Shown one piece after another: positions 1 through 10,721 of a DNA stretch of 64,000 nucleotides (its first letter is position 1; each line of letters begins with the position of its first letter). A program made the position numbers and the translations under genes. A model generated the notes under the pieces. It was not told the DNA's origin. It saw nothing but the letters and a program-made list of their open reading frames with translations, and searched no databases. This stretch comes from Alphaproteobacteria bacterium (lineage in GTDB: Bacteria; Pseudomonadota; Alphaproteobacteria; GCA-2731375). The stretch is taken from assembly GCA_965225945.1 (NCBI GenBank), contig CBDDBZ010000036.1, positions 224,001 to 288,000 on the forward strand, read 5' to 3'.

Positions 1-99
1 TTTCATGGCGTAGAACGAGGAACGGGCAAAACCCCAGGCCGCACAGACCCGCTGGAGGCCGTAGGCCAAACCCGTGCCGGGAGAGGTGGCGGCACTCAT
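1..99 (-). CDS. IS3-family transposase OrfB, N-terminal fragment (partial)
   Basis: ATG at 99 overlaps the orfA TGA (ATGA); runs off window. Confidence 0.55.
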   Translation of the reverse strand, partial: MSAATSPGTGLAYGLQRVCAAWGFARSSFYAMK

Positions 100-506
100 C
101 GCCGCGACCTCCGCCGCCCCAAAGGGCCGGACGTCTCCGTCTTGGCCTCCAGCAGTTCCACCTGCATGATCAACTCCCCGATCCGCTTCATGGCGATGTC
201 CAGTTCCGCCTTTACCGGATCGCCCTTGCGTTCCTTGAGCGAGGCATCGATCCCGGCGATCGCCTTCTCACGCCACTGCTCGAGCCGGAAAATCTCCACG
301 CCCAACTGCCGCGACAAAAGTTCAACCGGCTCGCCACGCAAAAGCCGCAGGGCAACCTCACGCTTGCGCGTCACCGTCCACCGCTGGCCAAGTCCCAGCG
401 GGCCTGCCGGCGAAACCTGGCCCGGGGAAAACGTGGACGAGCCAAGCTCGCCCTCGTTTACCACAGGCCCATCAACAGCAACTTTGTTCTCAAAATTGTC
501 GGTCAT
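96..506 (-). CDS. IS3-family transposase OrfA (HTH DNA-binding)
   Basis: RWTVTRKREVALRLLRGEPVELLSRQLGVEIFRLEQWRE HTH then leucine-zipper-like helix; AAGGAGG RBS upstream of ATG 506. Confidence 0.75.
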   Translation of the reverse strand: MTDNFENKVAVDGPVVNEGELGSSTFSPGQVSPAGPLGLGQRWTVTRKREVALRLLRGEPVELLSRQLGVEIFRLEQWREKAIAGIDASLKERKGDPVKAELDIAMKRIGELIMQVELLEAKTETSGPLGRRRSRR

Positions 507-644
507 GTTCCGGTCCTCCTTGGACACTTCGATTAAGCCACTTCTGTGTCCAAGGAACCGGTGCGATACACGGCGTCCAAATTTGACCCCCTGAGCCTGG
601 CTAGTCCAAGTCACCTCGTTTTTGGGCGGACGAGGTGGTGGGGG

Positions 645-2156
645 ATGTTGGTCGTGGAGACGATAGCGCGGATCCGGCGGGAGTATTTCGTCAAGGGGAA
701 GCCGATCAAGGAGATCGTGCGGGACGTGAAGGTCTCGGGCAACACGGTGCGCAAGGTGATCCGTTCGCAGGCGACGGCGTTCACCTACGACCGGCGGGTC
801 CAGCCGATGCCGAAGCTGGGGCCGTGGACGGCCGAGCTGGAGCGGATGCTGGAGGCCAACGAGACCAAGTCGAAGCGGGAGCGGCTGACGCTGCTACGGA
901 TCTCCGAAGCCCTCGAGGGTCTGGGCTATGGCGGCGGCTACGACGCGGTGCGGCGCTACGCCAAGGCGTGGCGGTGGCGCCGTTCGGCATCGACGGCGCA
1001 GACCTATGTGCCGTTGGTGTTCTCGCCGGGCGAGGCCTATCAGTTCGACTGGAGCCACGAGTACGTGGTGCTGGCGGGGGTGACGACCAAGGTCAAGGTC
1101 GCGCACGTCCGGCTGTGCCACAGCCGAATGTTCTTCGTCCGCGCTTATCCGCGCGAGAGCCAGGAGATGGTGTTCGACGCCCACGACCGGGCATTCCGGC
1201 TGTTCCAGGGTGCCTGCCGGCGAGGCATCTACGACAACATGAAGACGGCGGTGCAGACCGTCCTCATCGGCAAGGAGCGCGCGTTCAACCGGCGCTTCGT
1301 GCAGATGTGTGGCCACTACCTGGTCGAACCGACAGCATGCACGCCGGGAGCGGGATGGGAGAAGGGGCAGGTCGAGAACCAGGTCGGGATCATCCGCGGT
1401 CGGTTCTTCACCCCGCGGCTGCGCTTCAAGACCTACGACGAGCTCAACGCCTGGCTCTTGGACCAGTGCGTCGCCTACGCCCGGCGTCATCCCCACCCGG
1501 TGTTCAAGGACAGGACTGTCTGGCAGGTGTTCGAGGACGAGCGTCCGTCCCTGGTCGGCTATCGCGGGCCGTTCGACGGCTTCCACGCGGTCCCGGCGTC
1601 GGTGTCGAAGACCTGCCTGGTGCGCTTCGACAGCAACAAGTACAGCGTGGCGGCGCGCGCCGTCGGCCGTCCGGTCGAGGTCCATGCCTACGCCGATCGC
1701 ATCGTCATCCGCCAGGACGGCGAGATCGTCGCCGAGCATGCCCGGCGCTTCGGCCGCGACCAGACCGTCTATGACCCGTGGCACTACGTGCCCGTGCTGG
1801 CGAGGAAGCCCGGTGCGCTTCGTAACGGCGCGCCGTTCAAGGACTGGGCGCTGCCCGGCGCCCTGGGTCGCGTGCGCGTCCGGCTCGCCGGCCACGACGA
1901 CGGCGACAGGCAGATGGTCGAGATCCTCACCGCCGTGCTGGCGGATGGGCTGGCGGCGGTGGAGGCCGCCTGTGCCGAGGCGCTCGCTGGCGGCGTGTGC
2001 AGCGCCGACGTCGTGCTCAACATCCTCAATCGTCGGCGCCAGCCGTCCGAGACGGCGCCGATCCCGACGCCCGCGAACCTGCGTCTTCGCTTTGAGCCGG
2101 TGGCCGATTGCACCCGCTACGACCGCTTGAGGGGGGTCGGCCATGGAGCGCCATGA
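645..2156 (+). CDS. istA: IS21 transposase IstA
   Basis: [27 protein letters not shown] motifs; N-terminal HTH. Confidence 0.95.
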   Translation: MLVVETIARIRREYFVKGKPIKEIVRDVKVSGNTVRKVIRSQATAFTYDRRVQPMPKLGPWTAELERMLEANETKSKRERLTLLRISEALEGLGYGGGYDAVRRYAKAWRWRRSASTAQTYVPLVFSPGEAYQFDWSHEYVVLAGVTTKVKVAHVRLCHSRMFFVRAYPRESQEMVFDAHDRAFRLFQGACRRGIYDNMKTAVQTVLIGKERAFNRRFVQMCGHYLVEPTACTPGAGWEKGQVENQVGIIRGRFFTPRLRFKTYDELNAWLLDQCVAYARRHPHPVFKDRTVWQVFEDERPSLVGYRGPFDGFHAVPASVSKTCLVRFDSNKYSVAARAVGRPVEVHAYADRIVIRQDGEIVAEHARRFGRDQTVYDPWHYVPVLARKPGALRNGAPFKDWALPGALGRVRVRLAGHDDGDRQMVEILTAVLADGLAAVEAACAEALAGGVCSADVVLNILNRRRQPSETAPIPTPANLRLRFEPVADCTRYDRLRGVGHGAP

Positions 2157-2871
2157 GGTCCTGGAGATGATGGCCGCACTCAAGCTCGCCGGCATGCGCG
2201 ACGCGTTCGACGAGGTGCTCGCCGACGGCCTCAAGCGCCAGCATCCGATGCAGCGAATCATCGGCGAGCTGTTGAAGGCCGAGATCGCCGACAAGCAGGC
2301 GCGATCCATCAAGTACCAGATGAGTGGCGCCAAGCTGCCGCTGGCCAAGGAGCTGGCCGACTTCGACTTCACCGACACCCCGGTCAACGAGCCGCTGGTC
2401 CGCGAGTTGGCGGTCGGCGGCTTCCTGGCCAACCAGCGCAACGCCGTGCTGATCGGCGGCACCGGCACCGGCAAGAGCCATCTCGCCGTCGCCATCGCGC
2501 GGGCCTGCATCCGCGATGGCGCCCGGGGCCGCTTCTTCAACGTCGTCGACCTGGTCAACCGGCTCGAGGCCGAAGCCCGCGCCGGCCGCCAGGGCCGGCT
2601 CGCCGATCAGCTGGCCCGGCGCGACCTCGTCATCCTCGACGAGCTCGGCTACCTGCCCTTCGCCCAAACCGGAGGCCAGCTGCTGTTCCACCTCGTCAGC
2701 CGGCTCTACGAGCGCACCTCGATCATCGTCACCACCAACCTGACCTTCGGCGAATGGCCGTCCGTCTTCGGCGACGCCAAGATGACCACCGCGCTCCTCG
2801 ATCGTCTGACGCACCACTGCGAGATCATCGAGACCGGAAACGACTCCTGGCGCTTCAAGAATCGGTCCTAA
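2143..2871 (+). CDS. istB: IS21 helper ATPase IstB
   Basis: Walker [10 protein letters not shown], Walker [19 protein letters not shown]. Confidence 0.95.
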   Translation: MERHEVLEMMAALKLAGMRDAFDEVLADGLKRQHPMQRIIGELLKAEIADKQARSIKYQMSGAKLPLAKELADFDFTDTPVNEPLVRELAVGGFLANQRNAVLIGGTGTGKSHLAVAIARACIRDGARGRFFNVVDLVNRLEAEARAGRQGRLADQLARRDLVILDELGYLPFAQTGGQLLFHLVSRLYERTSIIVTTNLTFGEWPSVFGDAKMTTALLDRLTHHCEIIETGNDSWRFKNRS

Positions 2872-3074
2872 AGGCAACCGATCCACCTGCCGCCCGGTCG
2901 CCCAGGTGGGCCCACAGGAACCTCCCACGCGCGGTCCGCCGCCAGCCGCGTGGTGGGCGCGTCGGCCCGCGCGCGGGCCCCTCCTATGGACTACCTGTAC
3001 GACCTCCGCCGTGCATCCCCAAAGGGGTCAACATTGCACGCCGATAGGGGGTCAATGTTCAACGCCGATTGACA

Positions 3075-4061
3075 AGGGCAGGCGCGGCGCAATAGTCTCT
3101 GCATCTTGCGTGCCCAGCCCTCCTTCTCGATCTCGATCAGGGCTTGCAACTCGCGCAGGTGATGGGCGTTGCACAGCGCGTGCCGTACGCCCTCCATCGT
3201 AAAGTACGGCTTCCAGTGGTCATGGACGACGATGCCGCCGACTCCGCCGAGCAGGCTGCCGCGTCGCTCCGAGACCCGATAGAAGGTCAACCGCGCGGTC
3301 GAGGCGACGTGCAACCATTGGGTCCGCCCGGCGATCCGCAAGCCGGTCTCGTCCATGTGCTTGACCGGCGCCGATTTCACCAGTTCGCGGATCACATCGA
3401 CGACGCCTTGGACGGACTCGGCGCTGTTCCCGCCCCTCCGCGCGAGGCTCGCCGGAGACAGTTCCGCCCCGAACAGATCCTTCATCAATTCAGCCAGGCG
3501 GTCCCCGGGCAGGAGTTGGTAGTGCGACAGGTAGACCACCATGGCTCCGATCCGAGCGCCGTATTGAACCGGGCCGGTGATGGCGACGGGAAAAGAAGCC
3601 CGAGTGTACGTGCCGCAATGCCCGCAACGGCAGCGATGCGCCCGATGCTCCGTGACCACCAGGGGCCGGGGCTCGGGTAGATCGAAAACCTGGCGGGCCC
3701 CATGGCCGGTAGCCATATCCGGCGTCAATCCCGAACCACACCACTGGCACGTCTCGGGATAATGGTCGACGGTGGCGTCGGGATCGGCGACTTGGCGCAG
3801 GGTCTCGCCCTTGTGGCCCTTTTGCCCGCCCGGCTTGCGGGCCGATTTCTTACGGAGGCTCCTGGTGCGCTTCTTTTTACCCGCCGGTGGCTTGTTCAAT
3901 CCATCGCTCGACGGTGGCTTGCCGCTGTTCGTGCTGTTCAGGCCAAGCCGGCGCTCGAGTTCACCAAGCCGGAGTTCGAACTCGGCGAGCCGCGACCCTT
4001 GGGCCAGCACCACATCGATCAGCTCGTCTTTCGACAAAAAGGCAAGAACATCCCTATCCAT
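3075..4061 (-). pseudogene. tnpC: IS66 transposase TnpC, 5' part
   Basis: NSTNSGKPPSSD, PGGQKGHKG, CxxC zinc ribbons, HMDETG, VVHD, CNAHHLRE; C-terminus cut off by IS21. Confidence 0.9.
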
Positions 4062-4190
4062 CGAATCCTTAGAATCGACCAACCACCCTCTGTCAAACGA
4101 AATCTAGGCCGTCAGCGCCCCAAACCCACAAAATCTGCCCCCAGAGACCCAATCCGCAGCCTCATCGAAATCAGCTACCTGGGCAGTTAC
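3075..4190 (-). mobile_element. IS66-family element (single-ORF, ISBst12-like), interrupted by IS21
   Basis: GTAA terminus at 4190 (GTAACTGCCCAGG on minus strand); tnpC broken exactly at the IS21 right end. Confidence 0.85.
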
Positions 4191-4252
4191 CTAAAAAGTA
4201 CACTGAGCGAAGCGAGGGACCTTTTGACAGGTAACGAGTTAGGGAGGCAGCG

Positions 4253-5143
4253 ATGGCGAGGATCGGAATTATCGGCGTCGGCAACATGGGCGGGCCCATG
4301 GCACGCAACTTGGTCCAGGCGGGCCATGGCGTGACCGCCTTCGACCTCGACGAGGAGAGGCTCGACCTGGCGGTGCAGTGTGGTGCCGGGCGCGCCGGTT
4401 CCCTCGCCGAGGCGGCAGGCGGAAGGGAGCTCGTCGTCACCATGCTGCCGGCCGGCCGGCATGTCCGCGAGGTCTATCTGGCCGAGGCGGGCGTTATCGC
4501 CTCGGCCGACGCGGGCACGCTGTTGATCGATTGCTCCACCATCGACGTCGAGAGCGCGCGAGCGGCGCACCGGGCGGCCGAGGAAGCGGGCTTCGTCATG
4601 CTCGACGCCCCGGTCTCGGGTGGCGTCTCGGGCGCCGAGGCGGGGACGCTGACCTTCATGTGCGGCGGCACGGCTAGTGCCTTCCGGCGCGCCGAGCCGA
4701 TCCTCGAAGTCATGGGCGGCAACGTCTTTCATGCCGGCGAGGCCGGCGCCGGCCAGGTCGCCAAGATTTGCAACAACATGATCCTCGGCGCGGCGATGAT
4801 CGCCACCTCCGAAGCCTTCGTGCTGGCGGAACGGCTGGGTCTCGACGCCCAGTCGCTGTTCGATATCGTCGCCACCTCCTCCGGCCAGACCTGGGCGATG
4901 ACGAGCTACTGCCCGGTGCCGGGTCCGGTGCCGAGCTCGCCGGCCAACCGGGACTACCAGCCGGGCTTCACCGTGGCGATGATGGCCAAGGATCTGCGAC
5001 TGGCCCAGGAAGCCGCGCAAAACACCAAGCTGGCGACGCCGATGGGGTCCGCCGCGCTCGCCACGTACTCGCTTTTCGAGAACGCCGGCAATGCCGAGCT
5101 GGATTTTTCGGCGATCGTCAAACTGCTCCGGGGCGCCACGTAG
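4253..5143 (+). CDS. mmsB: 3-hydroxyisobutyrate dehydrogenase
   Basis: GVGNMGGPMA, LDAPVSGG, AKICNNM, YCPVPG..SPANRDYQPGF. Confidence 0.92.
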   Translation: MARIGIIGVGNMGGPMARNLVQAGHGVTAFDLDEERLDLAVQCGAGRAGSLAEAAGGRELVVTMLPAGRHVREVYLAEAGVIASADAGTLLIDCSTIDVESARAAHRAAEEAGFVMLDAPVSGGVSGAEAGTLTFMCGGTASAFRRAEPILEVMGGNVFHAGEAGAGQVAKICNNMILGAAMIATSEAFVLAERLGLDAQSLFDIVATSSGQTWAMTSYCPVPGPVPSSPANRDYQPGFTVAMMAKDLRLAQEAAQNTKLATPMGSAALATYSLFENAGNAELDFSAIVKLLRGAT

Positions 5144-5248
5144 ACAATTTTCGCCGATACCCCCATTCGGGGCTTGCTGGCTTCGATCTTCGCCCCGCTG
5201 CTATAACTCGCTCGTGGCGATCGTTGCGTTGAATTCGGTCGGGGAGGG

Positions 5249-6301
5249 GTGATGCTCAGCTATCAAATCACGGAATACGGCAAGCCGTTGGAGGCGCGGA
5301 CGCGCGAGACGCCGGCGCCCAGCGGCGAGGAGGTGCTGCTCCGGATCACCGCCAGCGGGGTCTGCCACTCCGACCTGCACCTCTCGGATGGCTTCTTCGA
5401 CCTGGGCGGCGGCCGCAAGGCGGACATCACGCGGGGACGCCCGTTGCCCTTCACCCTCGGTCATGAAATCGTCGGCGAGGTGGAGGCGGTGGGCGAGAAC
5501 GTGAGCGACGTCGCGCCCGGCGACCGGCGCATCGCCTATCCTTGGATCGGCTGCGGGACATGTCCGATCTGCGCGCGCGGCGAGGAGCATATCTGCCCCA
5601 AGCCGGCACAGCTCGGCGTCCATGTCGACGGCGGTTACGCCAGCCACGTGATGGTGCCGCATTCGCGTTATCTCTACGACTATGGCGACGTCGCGACCGA
5701 ACTCGCCTGCACCTATGCCTGCTCCGGCATCACCGCCTTCGGCGCCCTCGACAAGGTGCGCGAGATTGCGACCGGACAGCACCTGCTGATCGTCGGCGCG
5801 GGCGGCGTCGGCCTTGCCGGGTTGATGATCGCGCAGGCGGTGATGGAGAGCGAGATCATCGTCGCCGACATCGACGACGAGAAGCTGGAGGCGGCGAAGG
5901 CGGCGGGCGCCGCGCAGGTGATCAATCCCTCCGACGACGGGGCCCGCAAGCAGGTGATGGCCATGACCGGCGGCGGTGCTGCGGCGGTGGTCGACTTCGT
6001 CGGCTCCGGGCCCTCCTCGCAATTCGGCATGTCCTGCCTCGCGGCCAACGCGACCATGGTGGTGGTCGGTCTCTTCGGCGGCTCCTTCGATCTCTCGGTC
6101 GCGATGCTGCCGTTGAAGAACATCACCCTCAGGGGCTCCATCACCGGCAGCCCCGAGCAGATGCGGCAGCTCATGGACTTGGTGAAGGCGGGCAAGGTGA
6201 AGCCGCTACCCGTCGCGGCGCGAGGCCTGGCCGAGGCGCAGACGACGCTCGAGGACCTGCGGGCGGGCCGCATCGTCGGCCGCGTGGTCCTAGTGCCCTA
6301 G
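5249..6301 (+). CDS. Zn-dependent alcohol dehydrogenase (MDR family)
   Basis: GVCHSD, GHEIVG, CGTCPIC..C structural Zn, GAGGVG. Confidence 0.9.
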   Translation: MMLSYQITEYGKPLEARTRETPAPSGEEVLLRITASGVCHSDLHLSDGFFDLGGGRKADITRGRPLPFTLGHEIVGEVEAVGENVSDVAPGDRRIAYPWIGCGTCPICARGEEHICPKPAQLGVHVDGGYASHVMVPHSRYLYDYGDVATELACTYACSGITAFGALDKVREIATGQHLLIVGAGGVGLAGLMIAQAVMESEIIVADIDDEKLEAAKAAGAAQVINPSDDGARKQVMAMTGGGAAAVVDFVGSGPSSQFGMSCLAANATMVVVGLFGGSFDLSVAMLPLKNITLRGSITGSPEQMRQLMDLVKAGKVKPLPVAARGLAEAQTTLEDLRAGRIVGRVVLVP

Positions 6302-6307
6302 TGGCCG

Positions 6308-6529
6308 ATGTCCGACGACGACGGCAAGGGCAAGCTCGAGTTGGAGGACGGGGGGGAGGAGTCCTATTCCGCCTTCCAGACCGTCCGCTCGATCGTCCTC
6401 TTCGTCCTCGCCGCCGCCGTGATCGTCGCCGTTATCGGCCTGCTCTCGACTGCGCCCTGGATGCGTGTCAGCCACGACTGCTCGATCTTCTGTGTAATCG
6501 AGCAGGAACTCCGGGATTTCTTCTCCTAG
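6308..6529 (+). CDS. Small hypothetical single-pass membrane protein
   Basis: Directly follows the ADH stop; acidic N-terminus, hydrophobic stretch, CxxxC. Confidence 0.55.
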   Translation: MSDDDGKGKLELEDGGEESYSAFQTVRSIVLFVLAAAVIVAVIGLLSTAPWMRVSHDCSIFCVIEQELRDFFS

Positions 6530-6547
6530 ACGAGGCCGCTCCGAGCC

Positions 6548-7264
6548 TCAGGGCAGCCGTCCGATCGACATGCCGCCGCAGACGAACAGGATCTGCCCGG
6601 TGACGAAGCTGGTGCGCTCGTCCAGCAGGAAGCTCGCCGCATGCGCGATGTCGGCCGGCTGGCCGACGCGACCGACGGGGATCGTCGCCATCAACTGCTG
6701 ATCGGCCGCGCTGCCGATCGGGTTCATCGCCCGCATCATGACGGTGTCGATCGGCCCCGGCGCGATCGCGTTGGAGGTGATGCCCTCGGCCCCCAGCTCC
6801 AACGCCCAGGTCCGCGCCATGGCCGCGACCGCCGCCTTGCTGGCGCTATAGGCCGTGAGTTTGCCCATCCCCTGGGCGGCCCGGCTGGCGATCGAGACGA
6901 TGCGGCCGAAGCGCTGCTCCCGCATCCCCGCGACCAGCGCTTGGGTGCACTGCACGGCGACCCGGGTGTTGACCTGGATCACCCGGTCGAAGTCGGCGAG
7001 GTCGATTTCTCCGAGGAGAGCGGCATGGAAGATGCCGACGTTGTTGACCAGCCGCGTGACCGGTGCTTCCGCCGTCAGCGCCGCCAGCGCGTCGGCCGTC
7101 GCCGCCTCGTCGCCGAGATCGACCTCGACGAAGCGGCCCGCCTCCGGGTTCTCCGGCTCGATGATGTCGAACTGCACCACTTGGTAGCCGTCCGCCACCA
7201 GCCGCTCGCAAATCCCGCGCCCGATATTCCTGGAGCCACCCGTCACCAGCACGCGTTCCGCCAT
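6548..7264 (-). CDS. Short-chain dehydrogenase/reductase
   Basis: TGGSRNIG, NNVG, YSASK. Confidence 0.9.
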   Translation of the reverse strand: MAERVLVTGGSRNIGRGICERLVADGYQVVQFDIIEPENPEAGRFVEVDLGDEAATADALAALTAEAPVTRLVNNVGIFHAALLGEIDLADFDRVIQVNTRVAVQCTQALVAGMREQRFGRIVSIASRAAQGMGKLTAYSASKAAVAAMARTWALELGAEGITSNAIAPGPIDTVMMRAMNPIGSAADQQLMATIPVGRVGQPADIAHAASFLLDERTSFVTGQILFVCGGMSIGRLP

Positions 7265-7372
7265 CGATTTCCCTCCCCTAGTCCAAACTCCCGGGCGGCC
7301 ATCCTATACCAAGCGACCCATCGCGCCGCCCGCTGGGGCGGCTGGCATTGGATTTGGTCGCCCGCGACGGGA

Positions 7373-7822
7373 CTATATCGCCTGGTTGAGGCGGGGCTTC
7401 CAGAACGGTCGAAACAGCTCGATCTTCGGGCAACGGTTCATGACCACTTGCACGCTGGCCGCTTCGGCCAGCCGCGCCGCCGCGTCGTTGCGCACGCCGA
7501 TCTGCATCCACACGACCTTGGCGCCGATATCGATCGCTTCTTCGGTGACGGCATAGGCGGCCTCGGAGGTGCGGAAGATCTGCACCATCTCGACCGGCCG
7601 CTCGATCGAGTAGAGCGACTCGCAACATTCGAGGCCGCGGATCTCGACGCCGGCTTCCTTGGGATTGACCGGGATCATGTCATAGCCCGTCTCGTGCAGG
7701 ACGCGGAGCACCCCATAGCTGAACTTTGTCGGGTCCGAAGAGGCACCGACCATGGCGATGGTCTTCACCGCTTTCAGAATCTCGGCCAGGTATTCCTCCG
7801 GATAGGCCTCGTCGTGGTTCAT
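7373..7822 (-). CDS. CoA-binding protein (YccU-like)
   Basis: IAMVGAS..PVNP..VWMQIG..VVMNRCPKIE. Confidence 0.9.
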   Translation of the reverse strand: MNHDEAYPEEYLAEILKAVKTIAMVGASSDPTKFSYGVLRVLHETGYDMIPVNPKEAGVEIRGLECCESLYSIERPVEMVQIFRTSEAAYAVTEEAIDIGAKVVWMQIGVRNDAAARLAEAASVQVVMNRCPKIELFRPFWKPRLNQAI

Positions 7823-7834
7823 CGCGTGGTCTCC

Positions 7835-7974
7835 CTAGAGCAGCATCCGTCCAGTTGGAATCGCTTTCAGCGATCCAACTGGCGGATAAAGCTGCTCTAT
7901 CATCTTGAAGAATAGAGCAATTTAATCTGAACGGATTGAACCGGATGGATCAATCCGTTCAAAAATTGCTCTAG
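7835..7974. repeat. 140-bp CTAG-bounded double-hairpin element (RIME/BRU-RS-like miniature element)
   Basis: CTAGAGCAGC..GCTGCTCTA hairpin then TAGAGCAATTT..AAATTGCTCTAG hairpin; AT-rich against flanks; degenerate inverted copy at 35115-35168. Confidence 0.8.
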
Positions 7975-8338
7975 GGCTCGCTCCGGCCCGGACGTCGGCC
8001 TTCAACTCTTCCGGGCCGAGCGGGCTCTGGAATGGATTTCGATAGAGCTTGTCGTGGCTCTCGACGCCCACGTCGAGCGTGCAGTCGCTGCGGGGCCGGG
8101 CCACGCACAGCAGCACATAGCCATCGCGCAACTGGCGGCCGTTGAGGGCGACGCCCTCGCTCTGATCGACCTCGCCCGCCAGCAGCTTGGCCGCGCAAGA
8201 GATGCAGCCGCCATAACGGCAGCCGTAGGGCAGCGACATGTCGTGCTCTTCGAGCGTGTCGAGAAGGGGTTCGCGCCCATCCACGACGAAGCTTCGCCCG
8301 TCGCGGTTGGCGAGCGTGATGGTGAAAGCTCCCGCCAT
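7922..8338 (-). CDS. Plant-type [2Fe-2S] ferredoxin
   Basis: LPYGCRYGGCISC..LLC (C-x4-C-x2-C..C); last residues read into the palindromic element. Confidence 0.9.
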   Translation of the reverse strand: MAGAFTITLANRDGRSFVVDGREPLLDTLEEHDMSLPYGCRYGGCISCAAKLLAGEVDQSEGVALNGRQLRDGYVLLCVARPRSDCTLDVGVESHDKLYRNPFQSPLGPEELKADVRAGASPRAIFERIDPSGSIRSD

Positions 8339-9693
8339 CCCCACCTACACCCATATGTCCGAGGTGCAGTCGCCGCCGGGATAGCGGGTCTCGTGACAGC
8401 GTGCCGGTCCGTTCGGTTCCTTGCCGAAATCGACGAAGAAGTCGGGATTGATCGACATGCCGCCATTCTCGGTGTCGCAGTCGATCATCGCCATGCAGCC
8501 GCCGTTCTCGCGGATCTCGGGATAGAACTGGTTGTCCCAGGTCGAGAGCAGCGAGGTGGTCACATAGAGCCGCTTGCCGTCGAGCGAGAGCTGGATCATC
8601 TGTGGCCCGCCGGTGATCTTGCGGCCGTTCACATACGGCGCCTTGCCCAGCAGGCCGCCCATCCAGACCTGGCCGGTAAGCTCGGGGTTCGAGGGATCCG
8701 AGATATCGTACTGGCGCAGATCGCCGTGCAGCCAGTTCGAGAGATAGAGAAACCGGTCGTCCATCGAGAGCAGGATCACGCTGATCAGGCCGGGCACCGG
8801 AATGGGCCATTCGGGATGACGCTGGTTTTCGACGTCGATGACCTTCTCCACGATCCACTCGCCTTCCTGCTTGTACCAGTGGATCACGTTCGAGGAGAGC
8901 GCGGCGCCGACGAAACCGTGACTGGAATCCGGGTCGTGGTGAAAGCGGACCTCCAGCGGAACCAGACCGTCCTCGCCCAGATAGACCGTGTTCTCGACGC
9001 GCTTGTTAGCGAAATCCCAAAAGTGGATCTCGCGGCCATATTTCAGGTGACCGACCTCCTCCAGGTCGAACCCCGGCATGAAGGTGTTCGGCGCGGCCCA
9101 TTCGCTGGAGACCATGACGTTGTGGCGCGGCTGGTACCAGAAATCGTAGTTGAACTTCATGGCCCCCAGGTCGTTCTCCCAGCGCCCGACGATCTCGAAA
9201 TCCTCGTTGACGTGCAGGAACCCGCCCGGTGCCTCGCCGTTGGCGTCGCCCAGCATCGAGATGATGATGTCGGAGCCCAGGCAATGCACCGTATGCGGCG
9301 CCGAGAGATTGGTCTTTTGCTTGATCTCGGCCCCCTCGATCACCTTGTGCAGGCGAGGATTCCTCGGATCGCCGGCGCAGTCCACGATATGCAGGTTGGA
9401 GCTGCGCACCCCCGGCACGATCAGATAGCGCCGTTCCTTGGTGGGATCATGGTGACAGGACGAGCAGGCGTTCCATCCCATGTGGTGCAGCTCATCGCCG
9501 ATGCCCGGCATCTCCAGCCGGCTGACGACCTCGGAATAGGTAGGACTATTCGGATCGGCGTCGATCGTGGCCAGATAGTCCGGCTTTTGGATGCCCGTGC
9601 CGATATAGAGCGCGACCGTGTAGAGCAGCTTCTCGCGCGGCGCCGCCATCGCCTCGGCCGGCGAGGCGTAGCCCGGACCGCGGCATTGCGAAT

Positions 9694-10721
9694 GGCTCAA
9701 TTCGTGAATTGTATGCATTAGTGATAGAGTGCCTGGAACGTCAGGAGGTTGGGTTATGGACGGCAAGGGTTTCCAGGTGTGGCTTTCGGCGGCGCGCGGG
9801 CTGACGCGCGCGCAGCGGCGCGAGGCGCTCGCGGTGCTGTCGGGCCGGAGCGAGGGCGAGGCATCGAAGGCCGCGATCGAGCTTGGTGTGGACGAGGCCC
9901 GGCGCTGTCCGCACTGCGCGAGCGAAGGGGCGGTTTCGCGCGGTATGGCGCGGGGTCTGCGGCGCTACCAGTGCAAGGGCTGCGGCAGGACCTTCAACGC
10001 GCTGAGCGGTACGCCGCTGTCGGGCTTGCACCACAAGGAACGCTGGCTGTCGTTCGGGGCGTCGCTGGCGAAGGGGGAGACGGTGAAGGCGTCGGCGGCG
10101 CGCTGCGACGTGGCGGTGAGCACGGCGTTCCGCTGGCGTCACCGGTTTCTGGCGGCGGCGCGGAGCGATTCGGAGGTGCTCAAGGGGATCGTGGAAGCGG
10201 ACGAGACCTACGTCCTGGAGAGCCGGAAGGGCGCGCGCGGGCTGGGGCGCAAGGCACGGCGGCGGGGCGGCAAGGCGAAGAAGCGCGGCCTCTCGCGCGA
10301 GCAGGTACCGGTTCTCATGGCGGCGGACCGGAGCGGAACGACGGTCAGCGCGGTGCTGCCCAGGGTCGATGCGGCGGCGCTCACGGCTGCCCTCGACCCG
10401 GTGGTCGCGAAGGACGCCCTGCTGGTCTCCGACGGCGGCGCGAGCTACCCACCGTGCGCCGCCGCGCTCGGGGTGAGCCACGAAGCACTCAACCGCTCGA
10501 TGGGGGAACGGGGCGATCTGCATGTGCAGACGGTGAACAGCCGCCACAGCCGCCACAGCCGGTTGAAGGACTTCCTGCGTCCCCGCCGCGGCATCGCCAC
10601 CCGCTATCTGGACAACTACCTGAGCTGGTTCCACCTCGTCGGCCTCGCCCCCGGCGCCAATGACCGAGCCTGCCTCGCCGCCGCCGTAACAAGGTGACGC
10701 ATACAATTCACGAATTGAGCC
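9694..10721 (+). mobile_element. IS1595-family element, copy 1
   Basis: TIR GGCTCAATTCGTGAATTGTATGC / GCATACAATTCACGAATTGAGCC; 8-bp TSD TTGCGAAT at 9686-9693 and 10722-10729. Confidence 0.95.
9756..10697 (+). CDS. IS1595-family transposase
   Basis: CPHC..CKGC zinc finger, EADETY, LVSDG, VQTVN..LK (DDN-type); 6-bp deletion and 9-bp duplication relative to copy 2. Confidence 0.9.
   Translation: MDGKGFQVWLSAARGLTRAQRREALAVLSGRSEGEASKAAIELGVDEARRCPHCASEGAVSRGMARGLRRYQCKGCGRTFNALSGTPLSGLHHKERWLSFGASLAKGETVKASAARCDVAVSTAFRWRHRFLAAARSDSEVLKGIVEADETYVLESRKGARGLGRKARRRGGKAKKRGLSREQVPVLMAADRSGTTVSAVLPRVDAAALTAALDPVVAKDALLVSDGGASYPPCAAALGVSHEALNRSMGERGDLHVQTVNSRHSRHSRLKDFLRPRRGIATRYLDNYLSWFHLVGLAPGANDRACLAAAVTR

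Larger units (their letters stand above)
1..570 (-). mobile_element. IS3-family insertion sequence, left part (continues beyond window start)
   Basis: Minus-strand end TGTATCGCACC starts at 570 (TG terminus); HTH/coiled-coil orfA followed by an ATGA-overlapping second ORF; abuts a truncated IS21 left end. Confidence 0.7.
571..3074 (+). mobile_element. IS21-family element; left end interrupted by the IS3 element
   Basis: istA-istB pair; right end with two GGGGTCAA..ACGCCGAT repeats ending TTGACA at 3074; left remnant CGGCGTCCAAATTTGACCCC at 571-590 lacks the terminal TGTCAAT. Confidence 0.9.
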
